Shown here one piece after another: positions 7,531-17,420 of a stretch of DNA of 33,117 nucleotides (positions are counted from its first letter, which is position 1; each line of letters opens with the position of its first letter). The stretch comes from a virus (taxonomy: Duplodnaviria > Caudoviricetes), in the IMG/VR virus record IMGVR_UViG_3300027804_000146, positions 1-33,117 of that record. One strand, 5' to 3'. Under the pieces are notes generated by a model that saw only the letters and a list, made by a program, of their open reading frames with translations, was not told where the DNA came from and ran no database searches. The translations under genes and the position numbers were made by a program.

Positions 7531-9735
7531 ATGGCAATTAGAATTCAGTTACGTAGAGACACCGCCGCAAATTGGGTATCATCAAATCCAACACTTCGAG
7601 CAGGTGAGATTGGTATTGAAACAGATACCCTTAAATTTAAAATTGGTAATGGGTCTAGCACATGGACACAAATTACCGCATATGCAAATGTTACTCCATC
7701 AGGATTATCATCAAGTCTAGGAAGCTATATTCTTGCTTCTAGCCAAGGCGTGGCAGGCGGACCAGCAGAACTAGATTCAAATGGCGATTTAATTATTCCA
7801 GAAAACTCAGTAATTCTTTGGAATGATGCAGATTATGACTACACAACAACTTTAACAGCTACTCAGCCTACAGCAGATAGAACAATTACTTTTCCAAATC
7901 TAAGCGGAACAGTAGTAACTACAGGAGACACAGGCTCAGTAACAAATACAATGCTTGCAGGATCAATTGCAAATAGTAAGCTTACAAATTCATCTGTAAC
8001 AATTAATACAAATTCTTTATCTCTAGGTGGAAGCCTTACTCTAGATACTGATGATGTTCTAGAAGGCACAACAAATAAATATTTTTCAGATGAGTTGGCG
8101 CAAGATGCGGTGGCAGCAGCATTAGCTGCAGGAACCCATACTAATATTACTGTAACATACAATGACAATGCTAATTCAATTAGCCTTGCAGCCGCTCCAG
8201 GATATACAAATGAAGAGGCACAAGATGCAGTAGGAAATTCCGTTGGAAACGGATTAGATTATGATGATTCAACAGGTGCAATATCTGTAGACCCATCTGA
8301 ATTTGCCCTTAGTGCAGTTGGAGTTCCAACAGCAGATGTATCTTTAAACTCATATAAGATTACAAACTTAGCATCTCCTACACAAGCTGGAGATGCTGCA
8401 AATAAAGCATATGTAGATAATACTACAGCTGGAATTAACTTTCATTCTCCAGCACATGCAGCAACAACAACTAACCTAGCAGTAATTTATGATAATGGAA
8501 CAAATGGTGTAGGAGCTACACTTACTGCTGATACATCTCGTGCCTGGAATGGCATTGATTCACATACAACATTTAATGTTGGCGACAGAATTCTTGTAAA
8601 GAATCAGACAGACGCTTCACAAAATGGTATGTATACTCTTACCCAATTAACTGCTCCATGGATTTTAACCCGTGCAACAGATGCAGATAATTCTCCAGCA
8701 GGAGAGCTTGCATATGGAGACTTTGTGTTCGTACAAAATGGCGGACAAGCAGGATATGGATTTGTTGTAAATACAACAGGTACAATTACAATTGGAACCA
8801 CAAACATCAACTATGTTCAGTTTAATGCTGGACAGGTAGTAGTTGCAGGAAATGGTTTACAAGAAGCAGTTGCTGGTACATTGTCAATTGATACTACAGT
8901 TACAGTAGATTTAAATACAGCACAAACGCTAACAAATAAAACAATTACAGGAACATTTACTGGTAACGTAACTGGTGATGTTTCAGGAAATGCAGGAACT
9001 GTAACAAATGGAGTTGTAACTGCAGGATCTTATTCAGACCCTTCTTGGATTACATCTTTAGCTGCTTCAAAGGTAGGCCTAGGTAATGTTGAGAATACAG
9101 CATTATCAACATGGGCTGGAAGTACAAATATTACAACCCTAGGAACAGTTTCAACTGGAACATGGAATGCAACTGCAATTGGTACAACTAAAGGCGGAAC
9201 AGGATTAACATCTTATACATCTGGAGATATTCTATATGCTTCTGCTACAGACACCCTTGCTAAATTAGCTAAGGGTACAGATGGACAAATATTAACATTA
9301 GCTTCAGGGGTTCCTTCTTGGGCAGCCGCTCCAATTACTCTTCCAACACAAACAAATAATTCTGGAAAGTATTTAACAACAGACGGAACAACTGCTTCTT
9401 GGGCAACACTAGTTGTTCCAATTGAAACAGGAACTGCAACAGTAACTGCTGATACAGCAACTACAATAGATACAACTGCACTATCAGCATTTACATCTAT
9501 TGAGTATATGGTTTCTCTAAAGCAAGGTTCAAAGGTTAGAACATCCAAAGTTGTTGTTCAGACCGATGGAACTTCTGTAGATATGACAGAGTTTGCAATT
9601 ACAGAAACTGGTGGAGCAATGACAGGAGTAGTAGTTTCAGCAGCAGTTTCTTCAACAAATGCAGTACTACAGGCAACTGTAACAGATGCATCAAGCACAA
9701 ATGTAACCGTTAAATTTAGTAAAGTAAAGCTCTAA
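7531..9735 (+). CDS. long tail fibre with major-tropism-determinant N-terminal (Mtd_N / HylP-like) domain (734 aa)
   Basis: IRIQLRRDTAANWVSSNPTLRAGEIGIETDTLKFKIGNG...W matches Mtd_N. Also ADRTITFP, TDDVLEGTTNKYF, EEAQDAV repeats, [18 protein letters not shown] and GGTG repeats. Confidence 0.85.
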   Translation: MAIRIQLRRDTAANWVSSNPTLRAGEIGIETDTLKFKIGNGSSTWTQITAYANVTPSGLSSSLGSYILASSQGVAGGPAELDSNGDLIIPENSVILWNDADYDYTTTLTATQPTADRTITFPNLSGTVVTTGDTGSVTNTMLAGSIANSKLTNSSVTINTNSLSLGGSLTLDTDDVLEGTTNKYFSDELAQDAVAAALAAGTHTNITVTYNDNANSISLAAAPGYTNEEAQDAVGNSVGNGLDYDDSTGAISVDPSEFALSAVGVPTADVSLNSYKITNLASPTQAGDAANKAYVDNTTAGINFHSPAHAATTTNLAVIYDNGTNGVGATLTADTSRAWNGIDSHTTFNVGDRILVKNQTDASQNGMYTLTQLTAPWILTRATDADNSPAGELAYGDFVFVQNGGQAGYGFVVNTTGTITIGTTNINYVQFNAGQVVVAGNGLQEAVAGTLSIDTTVTVDLNTAQTLTNKTITGTFTGNVTGDVSGNAGTVTNGVVTAGSYSDPSWITSLAASKVGLGNVENTALSTWAGSTNITTLGTVSTGTWNATAIGTTKGGTGLTSYTSGDILYASATDTLAKLAKGTDGQILTLASGVPSWAAAPITLPTQTNNSGKYLTTDGTTASWATLVVPIETGTATVTADTATTIDTTALSAFTSIEYMVSLKQGSKVRTSKVVVQTDGTSVDMTEFAITETGGAMTGVVVSAAVSSTNAVLQATVTDASSTNVTVKFSKVKL

Positions 9736-9747
9736 GGGAGGAATTAA

Positions 9748-10470
9748 GTGGCAGATAAAAACTTTAAAGTTAAATCTGGATTAAATATCCCGATTACTTC
9801 CGCTGCTATTCTGACCACCGATTCAAGCGGTAATATTTCTTCTACTGCAGTTCTTCCAATTACAGCAGGCGGAACAGGACAAACATCAGCAACTAACGCT
9901 ATCAATGCCTTGCTTCCAGTACAAAATGGATCTACAGTTAACTATTCAATCCAGTCAGATGGAACAAACATTTCCTGGGCTAAGGTATATAATCAAGTAG
10001 TTCAAAATGCAGGAGTTTCCGTAAATCCACGTAGAATAGTAAATTTTGTAGGAGCGGCATTTACAGATAGTTCTGAAACAGATACTACAACAATTACTTT
10101 ATCTCCTACGCCTAAATATCAAACATCTGCCCCATCTGATCCAGTAGTTGGACAAATTTGGGTGGATTCAGATGATGATGTAACTACATTTAACCCATAT
10201 ATTATTAGCAGAAATAAGTTTACAGCCACAGCTGGGCAGACCACATTTGCTACAACACAATCTTTTATTCAAGGATACGAACAAGTATTTCTTAATGGTA
10301 TACTTTTGGTATATGGAGATGACTATACAACTCCTACTACATCCTCCGTCGTTTTATCTTCTGGAGCAGCAGTCGGAGATTCAGTAGAAATTATTATTCA
10401 AACTAATTTATCCGCATATATAGTTGAAACGCCTCTTAGGGCCTCAACATTTATGTTGATGGGGGCATAA
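9748..10470 (+). CDS. fibre adaptor class A, copy 1 (MADKNFKVKSGL; 240 aa)
   Basis: GGTG segment, APSDPVVGQIW half-knob, TATAGQT..QVFLNG..DYT domain. Ends FMLMGA and lacks the GW-ending module of A2/A3. Confidence 0.75.
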   Translation: MADKNFKVKSGLNIPITSAAILTTDSSGNISSTAVLPITAGGTGQTSATNAINALLPVQNGSTVNYSIQSDGTNISWAKVYNQVVQNAGVSVNPRRIVNFVGAAFTDSSETDTTTITLSPTPKYQTSAPSDPVVGQIWVDSDDDVTTFNPYIISRNKFTATAGQTTFATTQSFIQGYEQVFLNGILLVYGDDYTTPTTSSVVLSSGAAVGDSVEIIIQTNLSAYIVETPLRASTFMLMGA

Positions 10471-10814
10471 TGGCAACAGAAGTATTTAAGATACTAGGGC
10501 AGGTAGCACCAGGAACAACTAATACAGCATTGTATACCGTTCCAACAGGCAAGTCTGCAGTCATATCAACCATTGCTGTATGTAATCAAACATCTTCTGA
10601 TGTAACATTCAGAATTGCTACACAAAGAGCAGCAGATGCCTCAACATCTACAATTTTAGCTAAACAATATATTGCGTATGGTTCAACAGTAGCTGCCAAC
10701 GACACAACATTTGTCACTATCGGAGCTACGCTTGCGGCGGGAGATCAAATAATAGTCTATGGATCTTCTTCTAGTCTTTCATTCAACGCATATGGCTCCG
10801 AGGTGACTCCATAA
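10470..10814 (+). CDS. small beta-rich virion/fibre connector (114 aa)
   Basis: KILGQ..P....LYTVP....ISTIAVCN...FRIA...TLAAGD...SFNAYGSE; TAATG-coupled on both sides. Confidence 0.65.
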   Translation: MATEVFKILGQVAPGTTNTALYTVPTGKSAVISTIAVCNQTSSDVTFRIATQRAADASTSTILAKQYIAYGSTVAANDTTFVTIGATLAAGDQIIVYGSSSSLSFNAYGSEVTP

Positions 10815-12379
10815 TGGCAGTAAGTAAATTAAATCCTTCAGCAGGTGGCATTCCATACGGAGATAATGCAGGTCGTCCTGCAAATCCAGACACTGGAAGA
10901 TTATATTCAAACGGAGAAGCTTCCAGACTTGAGCTTTATACCACTACAGGTTGGCAGAATATTGTGCAAGAAACTCCTGGAGTTGTTTCTGTTTCTGGAG
11001 TTTATAATGAGTCTGCCGCATCAAATACATTAACAGTAAATGGTACAAATTTTGCAGCAGGAGCTGTAGCTTATGCAATCGGAACCAATGGAATAGATTA
11101 TCAAGCTTCAACAACAACATTAAATTCTATAGTACAGCTCACAGCAGTATTTTCTAATTTATCTGAATCCTATGAGCCATACGATATTAAAGTTGTAAAT
11201 CCATCAAATCTTTATGGAACATTGCCAGATGCTTTTTATATAAATCAGTCACCTATATGGTCAACAGCTTCAGGCTCCCTGGGAACCTTTGGTTCTGCAA
11301 AGTCTGTCACCACTAGTTCACTTTCTTCATCTGACCCAGAATCTACAACAATTACATACTCTTCTTCAAATTTGCCAGTTTGGTTATCTTTAAACTCATC
11401 AACTGGTGTTTTAACTGGAACTAGTCCATCAGTAACATCTAGTACCACATATTCTTTTAGCATTACAGCTTCAGATGGTGCAAATAATATACCACGGAAT
11501 TTTAGTGTTACAGTAAACGCAACTCCAGTTGTTAGTGGTGGGACTTTGTCTTCAGATTCAACTTACTACTACAGAACATTTACTGGAACTGGAACACTTC
11601 AGGTTGCTAACATATCTTTAACATCAGATATAATGACAGTTGCAGGCGGAGGAGGCTCAAGTACTCACTCAAGCGTAGATGGCGGAGGAGGCGGTGCAGG
11701 AGCAGGTGGATTACTTTATTCTTCATCTACTTCAATGCCAGTAGCTTCATACTCAGTTACAATTGGCGGCGGAGGCGGCAATCGGTCAAACGGAACAAAT
11801 ACAACAGTTTCTGGTAGTTCGGTTTCTTTAACTGCAATTGGAGGCGGTGCAGGAGGATCTTATTCAAACTTTAATGCAAATTCTGGTGGCTCTGGAGGTG
11901 GACAAGCAGGTGCAATGACAACATCTTTAGCATCTGGAACATCTGGACAGGGAAATCCAGGAGGATATGGTGGACAGGGTAATCCACAATATGGCGGAGG
12001 CGGCGGCGGAGGCGCTGGTGGTGCTGGAGGAAGCACAAATACTGATGCTCCAGGAGCTGGAGGAGACGGATCTTCCCTATATTCTTCTTGGGGAGTAGCA
12101 ACATCGACTGGACACAATGTTGGCGGTACACGCTATTACGCAGGCGGAGGCGGCGGAGGAACACGATCTGCTTCTTATGCCGCTGCATTTTCTGGTGCAT
12201 CTGGTGGCAATGGTGGCGGCGGAACGGGATCTGGAAATCAAAATAGCAATACTCCAACAAATGGTTTAACAAATACAGGAGGAGGCGCTGGAGGATCATC
12301 AACAAACCCAAATGCTACGGCAACAGGTGGTTCTGGCATAGTAATATTTAGATACACAAAAGCTTCGGTGGGTGATTAA
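10814..12379 (+). CDS. adhesin tip class E, copy 1: Ig-like domains + glycine-rich head (521 aa)
   Basis: GIPYGDNAGRPANP knob; IPT/TIG-like GTNF..EPYDIKVVNP; putative Ig (SDPE..LPVWLSLN..TGVLTG); poly-Gly runs ending GGSGIVIFRY. Confidence 0.8.
   Translation: MAVSKLNPSAGGIPYGDNAGRPANPDTGRLYSNGEASRLELYTTTGWQNIVQETPGVVSVSGVYNESAASNTLTVNGTNFAAGAVAYAIGTNGIDYQASTTTLNSIVQLTAVFSNLSESYEPYDIKVVNPSNLYGTLPDAFYINQSPIWSTASGSLGTFGSAKSVTTSSLSSSDPESTTITYSSSNLPVWLSLNSSTGVLTGTSPSVTSSTTYSFSITASDGANNIPRNFSVTVNATPVVSGGTLSSDSTYYYRTFTGTGTLQVANISLTSDIMTVAGGGGSSTHSSVDGGGGGAGAGGLLYSSSTSMPVASYSVTIGGGGGNRSNGTNTTVSGSSVSLTAIGGGAGGSYSNFNANSGGSGGGQAGAMTTSLASGTSGQGNPGGYGGQGNPQYGGGGGGGAGGAGGSTNTDAPGAGGDGSSLYSSWGVATSTGHNVGGTRYYAGGGGGGTRSASYAAAFSGASGGNGGGGTGSGNQNSNTPTNGLTNTGGGAGGSSTNPNATATGGSGIVIFRYTKASVGD
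10859..10889 (+). repeat. 31-bp exact direct repeat (second copy 21136-21166; partial copy from 27138)
   Basis: GGAGATAATGCAGGTCGTCCTGCAAATCCAG near the 5' ends of E1 and E2. Confidence 0.9.
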
Positions 12380-12783
12380 TGGCTAAAACAGTTAAAATTT
12401 GGAACGGTACAGAATGGGTAGATCTTGGAGTAAAAGCTGCTCTTCCTCCTGATTATATAGATTCTACTGCTCTTAATTCCGCCCTTGCTTCATATAAGCA
12501 AGAAGTAAATCTTACAGTATCATCTAACATAACATTAGTGGCGGGACGCAGATATTTTGTTGATACATCAGCTGCTAGAACATTAACACTTCCTGCAAGC
12601 CCAACACTTGGGCAAGAAATTGTAGTTGTAGATGCAGCTGGTACAGCTGGAACAAATAACATTACAATTAATTCAAACAGTGGTAAAATTAACGGTACAG
12701 TACAAAACCTTACAATTGACGTAGATGGAGCAGGCGCTTCATTAATATATACAGGATCTGCATATGGCTGGAGGGTAGGATAA
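12379..12783 (+). CDS. fibre adaptor class D, copy 1 (134 aa)
   Basis: N-terminal VKIWNGTEW; module YFVDTSAARTLTLPASP..G...D......NNITI..N..KING...YTGS..GWR. Confidence 0.75.
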   Translation: MAKTVKIWNGTEWVDLGVKAALPPDYIDSTALNSALASYKQEVNLTVSSNITLVAGRRYFVDTSAARTLTLPASPTLGQEIVVVDAAGTAGTNNITINSNSGKINGTVQNLTIDVDGAGASLIYTGSAYGWRVG

Positions 12784-14507
12784 TGGCAATTAGTTTTTCT
12801 AGTTTATCTGGCGGTACATCATTTACAGTAGTCACATCTACAGGCGGATCTAAGACGGCTACTCTTGATAAGTCATATCCAGCAGGAACATATTTAATTG
12901 AATCTAAAGCATTAGATACAAACCTAGAAGTATATCTAGGAGCATCAGATGGCACCCCCGTAGGATCGGCGGTGGCAGGAGCAAAAACAGTTACAGCTAC
13001 TTCATCCTTCCTATATGTAACAACAGTAAATGCAGATGCCAATGATGCCGTTATATTTACATTAAAGTCAGCGGCAACTCTTGCAACTAAAACAGATGCT
13101 ACATGGGCTCCTCCAACAATTACAGATATTACTCCAAGCGGTCTACCAAATGCCAATGATACAACAACTATTACAGGCACAAACTTTGCTTCAAACGCTA
13201 CTGTTAAATTTCGTAAATCAGATGATGCTACATTAGTAAATGCTAAAACAACAGTTAGAGGATCTGCAACATCTATTATTGCAGGTCGTCCTGATTCATT
13301 TGCAGTCGGAGATGCACCATATGACGTAATTGTTACAAATCCAACCACAACATTATCTGCAACATCATTAAATGCAATTACTGCAGGAGCTGTGCCAGTT
13401 TGGGTTACATCTACAACATTAAATCAGGCAGTTGGAGAATCAGCATTTTCACAAACAATTCAAGCAACTGATGCAGACGGAAGTTCATCAATAACATATG
13501 CAATTGTGTCTGGATCATTGCCAACAGGACTTTCTTTAAATGCATCAACTGGAGCAATAACTGGAACTCCAGCTGGAACTAGTGGTACTTATACAGTAAC
13601 AATTTCAGCAACAGATTCTGGTAATAACTCAGTAAATAGAACATTTACTCAAGTTCTTTCAAATACAATTTCAGTTGAATATTTGCTTATTGCAGGCGGA
13701 GGAGCACCAGCTCGTGACCACGCAGGTGGAGGTGGAGCTGGAGGTCTATTAACAGGAACATATACAGCTGCACAAGCTACTACTTATAATTTTACTATTG
13801 GGGCAGGTGGAACAGGAGGAACTTCTGTTAATGGTGGCAGCGGTTCCAATGGAACAAATTCAACAGCATTCGGTCTTACCTCTATTGGTGGCGGAGGTAG
13901 CCCAGCGGGTAACAGTTCTGCAGGATCTGCTGGTGGTTCTGGCGGTGGAGGTAATGGTACAAATTCAACAATACAGGCAGGTGGAGCAGGGACTTCTGGA
14001 CAAGGTTACGCTGGTGGTAGGGGTGGAAGTGTTAGCGGAAGTACAACAGTAGAACCTGGCGGAGGTGGAGGAGGAGCTGGAGGCGCAGGGCAAGATGCCC
14101 CAACAAATGTAGGTGGAGCTGGTGGAGTTGGTTTTTATAATTCATTGACTAATGCAATGGGTGCAGCAGTAAGTGCTGGACAGCTAAGTGGTGGAAACTA
14201 CTATTTTGCAGGCGGAGGTGGAGGCGGAACTAATGCTAATAACAATTCAGACTCATCAGGAGGTCTTGGTGGTGGAGGAAATGGTAAAGGCGGAATCGGT
14301 ATTGGTGCTAATGGAACCACAAATACAGGTGGCGGAGCTGGATCAGGCGGAAATGGTGCAGACTCTGGAAATGGCGGTTCAGGAATACTTATTATTCGTT
14401 TTCCGTCAACTGTTATAGTATCTGCAACTACTGGCTCTCCGACAACTGCAACTACTGGCGGATATAAATATTACAAATTTACATCAAACGGGAGTATAAC
14501 TTTTTAA
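12783..14507 (+). CDS. adhesin tip class F: IPT/Ig domains + glycine-rich head (574 aa)
   Basis: PTITDITP..TITGTNF; ATDADG..SGSLPTGLSLN; VEYLLIAGGG..poly-Gly..GGYKYYKFTSNGSITF. Confidence 0.8.
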   Translation: MAISFSSLSGGTSFTVVTSTGGSKTATLDKSYPAGTYLIESKALDTNLEVYLGASDGTPVGSAVAGAKTVTATSSFLYVTTVNADANDAVIFTLKSAATLATKTDATWAPPTITDITPSGLPNANDTTTITGTNFASNATVKFRKSDDATLVNAKTTVRGSATSIIAGRPDSFAVGDAPYDVIVTNPTTTLSATSLNAITAGAVPVWVTSTTLNQAVGESAFSQTIQATDADGSSSITYAIVSGSLPTGLSLNASTGAITGTPAGTSGTYTVTISATDSGNNSVNRTFTQVLSNTISVEYLLIAGGGAPARDHAGGGGAGGLLTGTYTAAQATTYNFTIGAGGTGGTSVNGGSGSNGTNSTAFGLTSIGGGGSPAGNSSAGSAGGSGGGGNGTNSTIQAGGAGTSGQGYAGGRGGSVSGSTTVEPGGGGGGAGGAGQDAPTNVGGAGGVGFYNSLTNAMGAAVSAGQLSGGNYYFAGGGGGGTNANNNSDSSGGLGGGGNGKGGIGIGANGTTNTGGGAGSGGNGADSGNGGSGILIIRFPSTVIVSATTGSPTTATTGGYKYYKFTSNGSITF

Positions 14508-14536
14508 TAGACTTATCATTTAATAAATGGTAAAAT
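14508..14536 (+). promoter_or_regulatory. internal sigmaA-type promoter
   Basis: TAGACT (14508-14513) - 17 nt - TAAAAT (14531-14536) with extended TG; AAAGGAG RBS downstream. Confidence 0.75.
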
Positions 14537-14572
14537 ATAAAGAAGCAAGACAACTAACAAAGGAGAAAAAAA

Positions 14573-14953
14573 ATGGCACATTTCGCAGAAATCGACGAGA
14601 ACAATATAGTTACTCGTGTTCTAGTAGTAAACGACGCCGATGCAGCTGATGGACAGAATTTTCTGGCTAACACCTTGGATCTTGGCGGAACATGGATACA
14701 GACTTCATACAACACTTCAGGTGGAGTACATTCAAATGGCGGGACCCCGCTAAGAAAGAATTACGCTGGAATTGGATATTCATACGACGCAGTTCGTGAT
14801 GCATTTATCCCACCAAAGCCTTTCGCTTCATGGATACTAAATGATGACACATGTCTTTGGGAAGCCCCAACACCAATGCCTGTTGAAGAAGGCAAGATGT
14901 TTAGATGGGTAGAAGAAGATTTAAACTGGCAAGAAGTAGTAATCGGAGAGTAA
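14573..14953 (+). CDS. conserved small acidic/Trp-rich protein, putative partner or assembly factor of Gly-rich fibre heads (126 aa)
   Basis: MAHFAEID..WIQTSYN..RKNYAGIGYSYD..DAFIPPKPF.SW....CLWEAP.PMP. Recalled as commonly adjacent to Gly-rich phage proteins; function is inferred. Confidence 0.6.
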   Translation: MAHFAEIDENNIVTRVLVVNDADAADGQNFLANTLDLGGTWIQTSYNTSGGVHSNGGTPLRKNYAGIGYSYDAVRDAFIPPKPFASWILNDDTCLWEAPTPMPVEEGKMFRWVEEDLNWQEVVIGE

Positions 14954-14958
14954 TATAA

Positions 14959-16635
14959 TTGACAAGGGCTAGAGACGTTGCCAACGTACTCTCAACCGCC
15001 ACTAATTTAGCGACGGATACAGAGACTGCGGCAGCTATCTCTAGCCACAATTCTGCAACAACATCAGTTCACGGAATATCAGATACATCAGCATTAGCAA
15101 CACAGACTTATGTTCAAAATAATAAGGGAATAAATAAAGGCAATACTGCCTCACGTCCCGCATCTCCTGCAAATGGAGATTTATATTATAATACAGAAAC
15201 ATCTACTCTTGAAGTATATGATGCAGGATGGTGGCTTGCAAATACAACTCCAGGAATTCCTACATCACCAGTTGCAACAAATCAACCTTCATCACGAGCA
15301 TTTAATAACGGGCAAGCTTCAGTAGCATTTACCCCAGCAACAAGCGGCGGAAAAGCAACATCATTTACAGTTACTTCAACACCAGGATCATATACAAATA
15401 CAGGTTCATCTAGTCCTATCGTAGTTACTGGTTTGCAATCAAATACAGCATATACTTACGCAGTTACAGCAACTGGACCAATTGGAACATCTTCTGCATC
15501 ATCTGCGAGTAGCGCAGTTACTGCAACTACAGTTCCACAAGCTCCGAGTATTACATCCGTAACAGGAGGAAATGCACAGGTATCTGTGGCGTTTTCTGCA
15601 AATGCTACTGGTGGTTCATCTATTACAGGATATACAGTAACATCTAGCCCAGGAAACTTAACAGCAACTGGATCATCAAGTCCACTTGTTGTAACGGGTT
15701 TAACCAACAATACTTCATACACATTTACAGCAACTGCAACAAACGCAAATGGAACCTCTGCAGCAAGTTCTGCAAGTAGCTCAGCTACTCCTACAAATGG
15801 AACTTCAATTGAGTATTTGGTTATTGCAGGAGGAGGAGCAGGTGGCGGATATGCAGGAGGCGGAGGCGGCGCTGGAGGAGTTTTGTATAATTCATATTTA
15901 GTTCCAATTGCAGAAGCTTTAACAATAACAATAGGTGGCGGAGGTGCTGGAGCTGGATATTTTGCAACTGCAACATCAGCATCTAATGGAACAAATTCAT
16001 CAATAGTTGGATCAACAACTTCTATTGTCACAACAGGCGGTGGCGGTGGCAGACATGGTGAGAATAGAGGGGGCGTTGCAGCTTTTGACGGAGGTTCTGG
16101 CGGTGGAGGAGCCTCTGGTATAGCTCAATCTGGATTAGGTGTTGCTGGTCCTCCAAGACAAGGGTATAACGGAGGTCAATCTAGCACTACTGGAGGAAAT
16201 GGCGGTGGCGGCGGAGGCGCTGCAGCAGCTGGTTCTCCTAGCGATAGTTCTGGTCTTCCAGGAAATGGTGGCGCAGCAACAAATGCATATTCAGTATGGG
16301 CTTCAGCAACATCTTCTGGTGTAAGCGGTTCATACGCAGGCGGAGGTGGCGGAGGTAGAGATGGAACAGATGCTGGCTCTACTGGCGGCGGTGGCGGAGC
16401 AACTAATGGAGCAACTAGAAATGCAATGAATTCATCTTCAGCATCTGCAAATACTGGTTCTGGATCAGGCGGAGGCGGAGGATATCAAAGCGCATCTTCT
16501 GGAAATGGAGGATCTGGAATTGTAATAATTAGAACAGCAGATTCCTTAACAACAGCAACTCACAATGGATCATTTTATAATACTGGCGGATACAAGTACT
16601 ACAAATTTACAGCATCAGGGAGTATAACCTTCTAA
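14959..16635 (+). CDS. adhesin tip class C, copy 1: 2x fibronectin type III + glycine-rich head (558 aa, TTG start)
   Basis: MTRARD N-terminus; RPASP knob; two SP(I/L)VVTGL....Y(T)..AT FN3-like repeats; IEYLVIAGGG..GGYKYYKFTASGSITF. Confidence 0.8.
   Translation: MTRARDVANVLSTATNLATDTETAAAISSHNSATTSVHGISDTSALATQTYVQNNKGINKGNTASRPASPANGDLYYNTETSTLEVYDAGWWLANTTPGIPTSPVATNQPSSRAFNNGQASVAFTPATSGGKATSFTVTSTPGSYTNTGSSSPIVVTGLQSNTAYTYAVTATGPIGTSSASSASSAVTATTVPQAPSITSVTGGNAQVSVAFSANATGGSSITGYTVTSSPGNLTATGSSSPLVVTGLTNNTSYTFTATATNANGTSAASSASSSATPTNGTSIEYLVIAGGGAGGGYAGGGGGAGGVLYNSYLVPIAEALTITIGGGGAGAGYFATATSASNGTNSSIVGSTTSIVTTGGGGGRHGENRGGVAAFDGGSGGGGASGIAQSGLGVAGPPRQGYNGGQSSTTGGNGGGGGGAAAAGSPSDSSGLPGNGGAATNAYSVWASATSSGVSGSYAGGGGGGRDGTDAGSTGGGGGATNGATRNAMNSSSASANTGSGSGGGGGYQSASSGNGGSGIVIIRTADSLTTATHNGSFYNTGGYKYYKFTASGSITF
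15138..15180 (+). repeat. 43-bp direct repeat with 2 mismatches (second copy 19153-19195)
   Basis: AGGCAATACTGCCTCACGTCCnGCnTCTCCTGCAAATGGAGAT in C1 and C2. Confidence 0.85.
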
Positions 16636-17420
16636 TGGCCAATAAAGATTTTAAAGTAAAAAATGGGTTAGATATCCAATCACCCCTGCCTGTTTCTATG
16701 GGCGGAACTGGACAAACCTCTACTACTAATACCATAAATTCTTTACTGCCGTCTCAAGATTCAGCAAATGGAAAGATGCTTTCTTCTAATGGAACCAGCC
16801 CAGTTTGGGCAGCTGTTCCAAATGAAATTACATATTCTTCTACCGCACCATCTAGCCCAGTAACTGGGCAGGTATGGATTAATACAGCGGCAACAACACA
16901 ATCTTTTGACCCTAATATTATTAGCAGAACTACAATAGTATCAACTGCTGGACAAACTGCATATACCGCCTCAAATGCATTTGTTGAAGGATTTGAACAA
17001 GTTTATTTTAATGGCGTACTTTTGCAGAGAACTACAGACTATTCAGTTTCTGGAAGTACAGTAACATTAACAGCGGCGGCTGCAGCAAATGACCTTATAG
17101 AGATATTAGCTATAACTAATCTCAACTCATATAACCCAAGTCCGTACCTTTCAATATCTGCAAATACTAATCTTTTGGCGGGAACCAGATATTATGTAAC
17201 ATCTTCATCTGCATTAACATTAACACTTCCAGTTTCACCCTCATTAAATGACGAAATTCAGATTGTAGATGCTTCTGGAAACAGTTCAACGTATAATATA
17301 ACTATAGTCCGTAACGGAAATGATATTGATAATAATGCTGGAAATCTCATTATTGATCAAGATAACGCTTGGGTAACTTTACTATATACTGGTTCAACAG
17401 TTGGATGGAAGGTAGCATAA
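16635..17420 (+). CDS. fibre adaptor class A, copy 2 (261 aa)
   Basis: MANKDFKVKNGL; APSSPVTGQVW; STAGQT..QVYFNG..DY domain; C-terminal LTLP.SP..YTGS..GWKVA module. Confidence 0.75.
   Translation: MANKDFKVKNGLDIQSPLPVSMGGTGQTSTTNTINSLLPSQDSANGKMLSSNGTSPVWAAVPNEITYSSTAPSSPVTGQVWINTAATTQSFDPNIISRTTIVSTAGQTAYTASNAFVEGFEQVYFNGVLLQRTTDYSVSGSTVTLTAAAAANDLIEILAITNLNSYNPSPYLSISANTNLLAGTRYYVTSSSALTLTLPVSPSLNDEIQIVDASGNSSTYNITIVRNGNDIDNNAGNLIIDQDNAWVTLLYTGSTVGWKVA

Noticed and set aside
7531-9735. Diversity-generating retroelement suggested by the Mtd_N domain
   Set aside because: No reverse transcriptase and no ~100-bp template/variable repeat pair with adenine-specific mismatches seen in the window. 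Mtd_N is only a structural N-terminal module.
10867-10882. Recurrent small palindromes TGCAGG-TCGT-CCTGCA (E genes) and GAGGCA-ATAC-TGCCTC (C genes) as recombinase sites
   Set aside because: Explained adequately by preferred codons for conserved AGRPA and GNTAS peptides. The CAGGTCGTCCTG core also occurs at an unrelated position (13282-13293). No recombinase is in the window and all genes are co-oriented, so this is not a shufflon.
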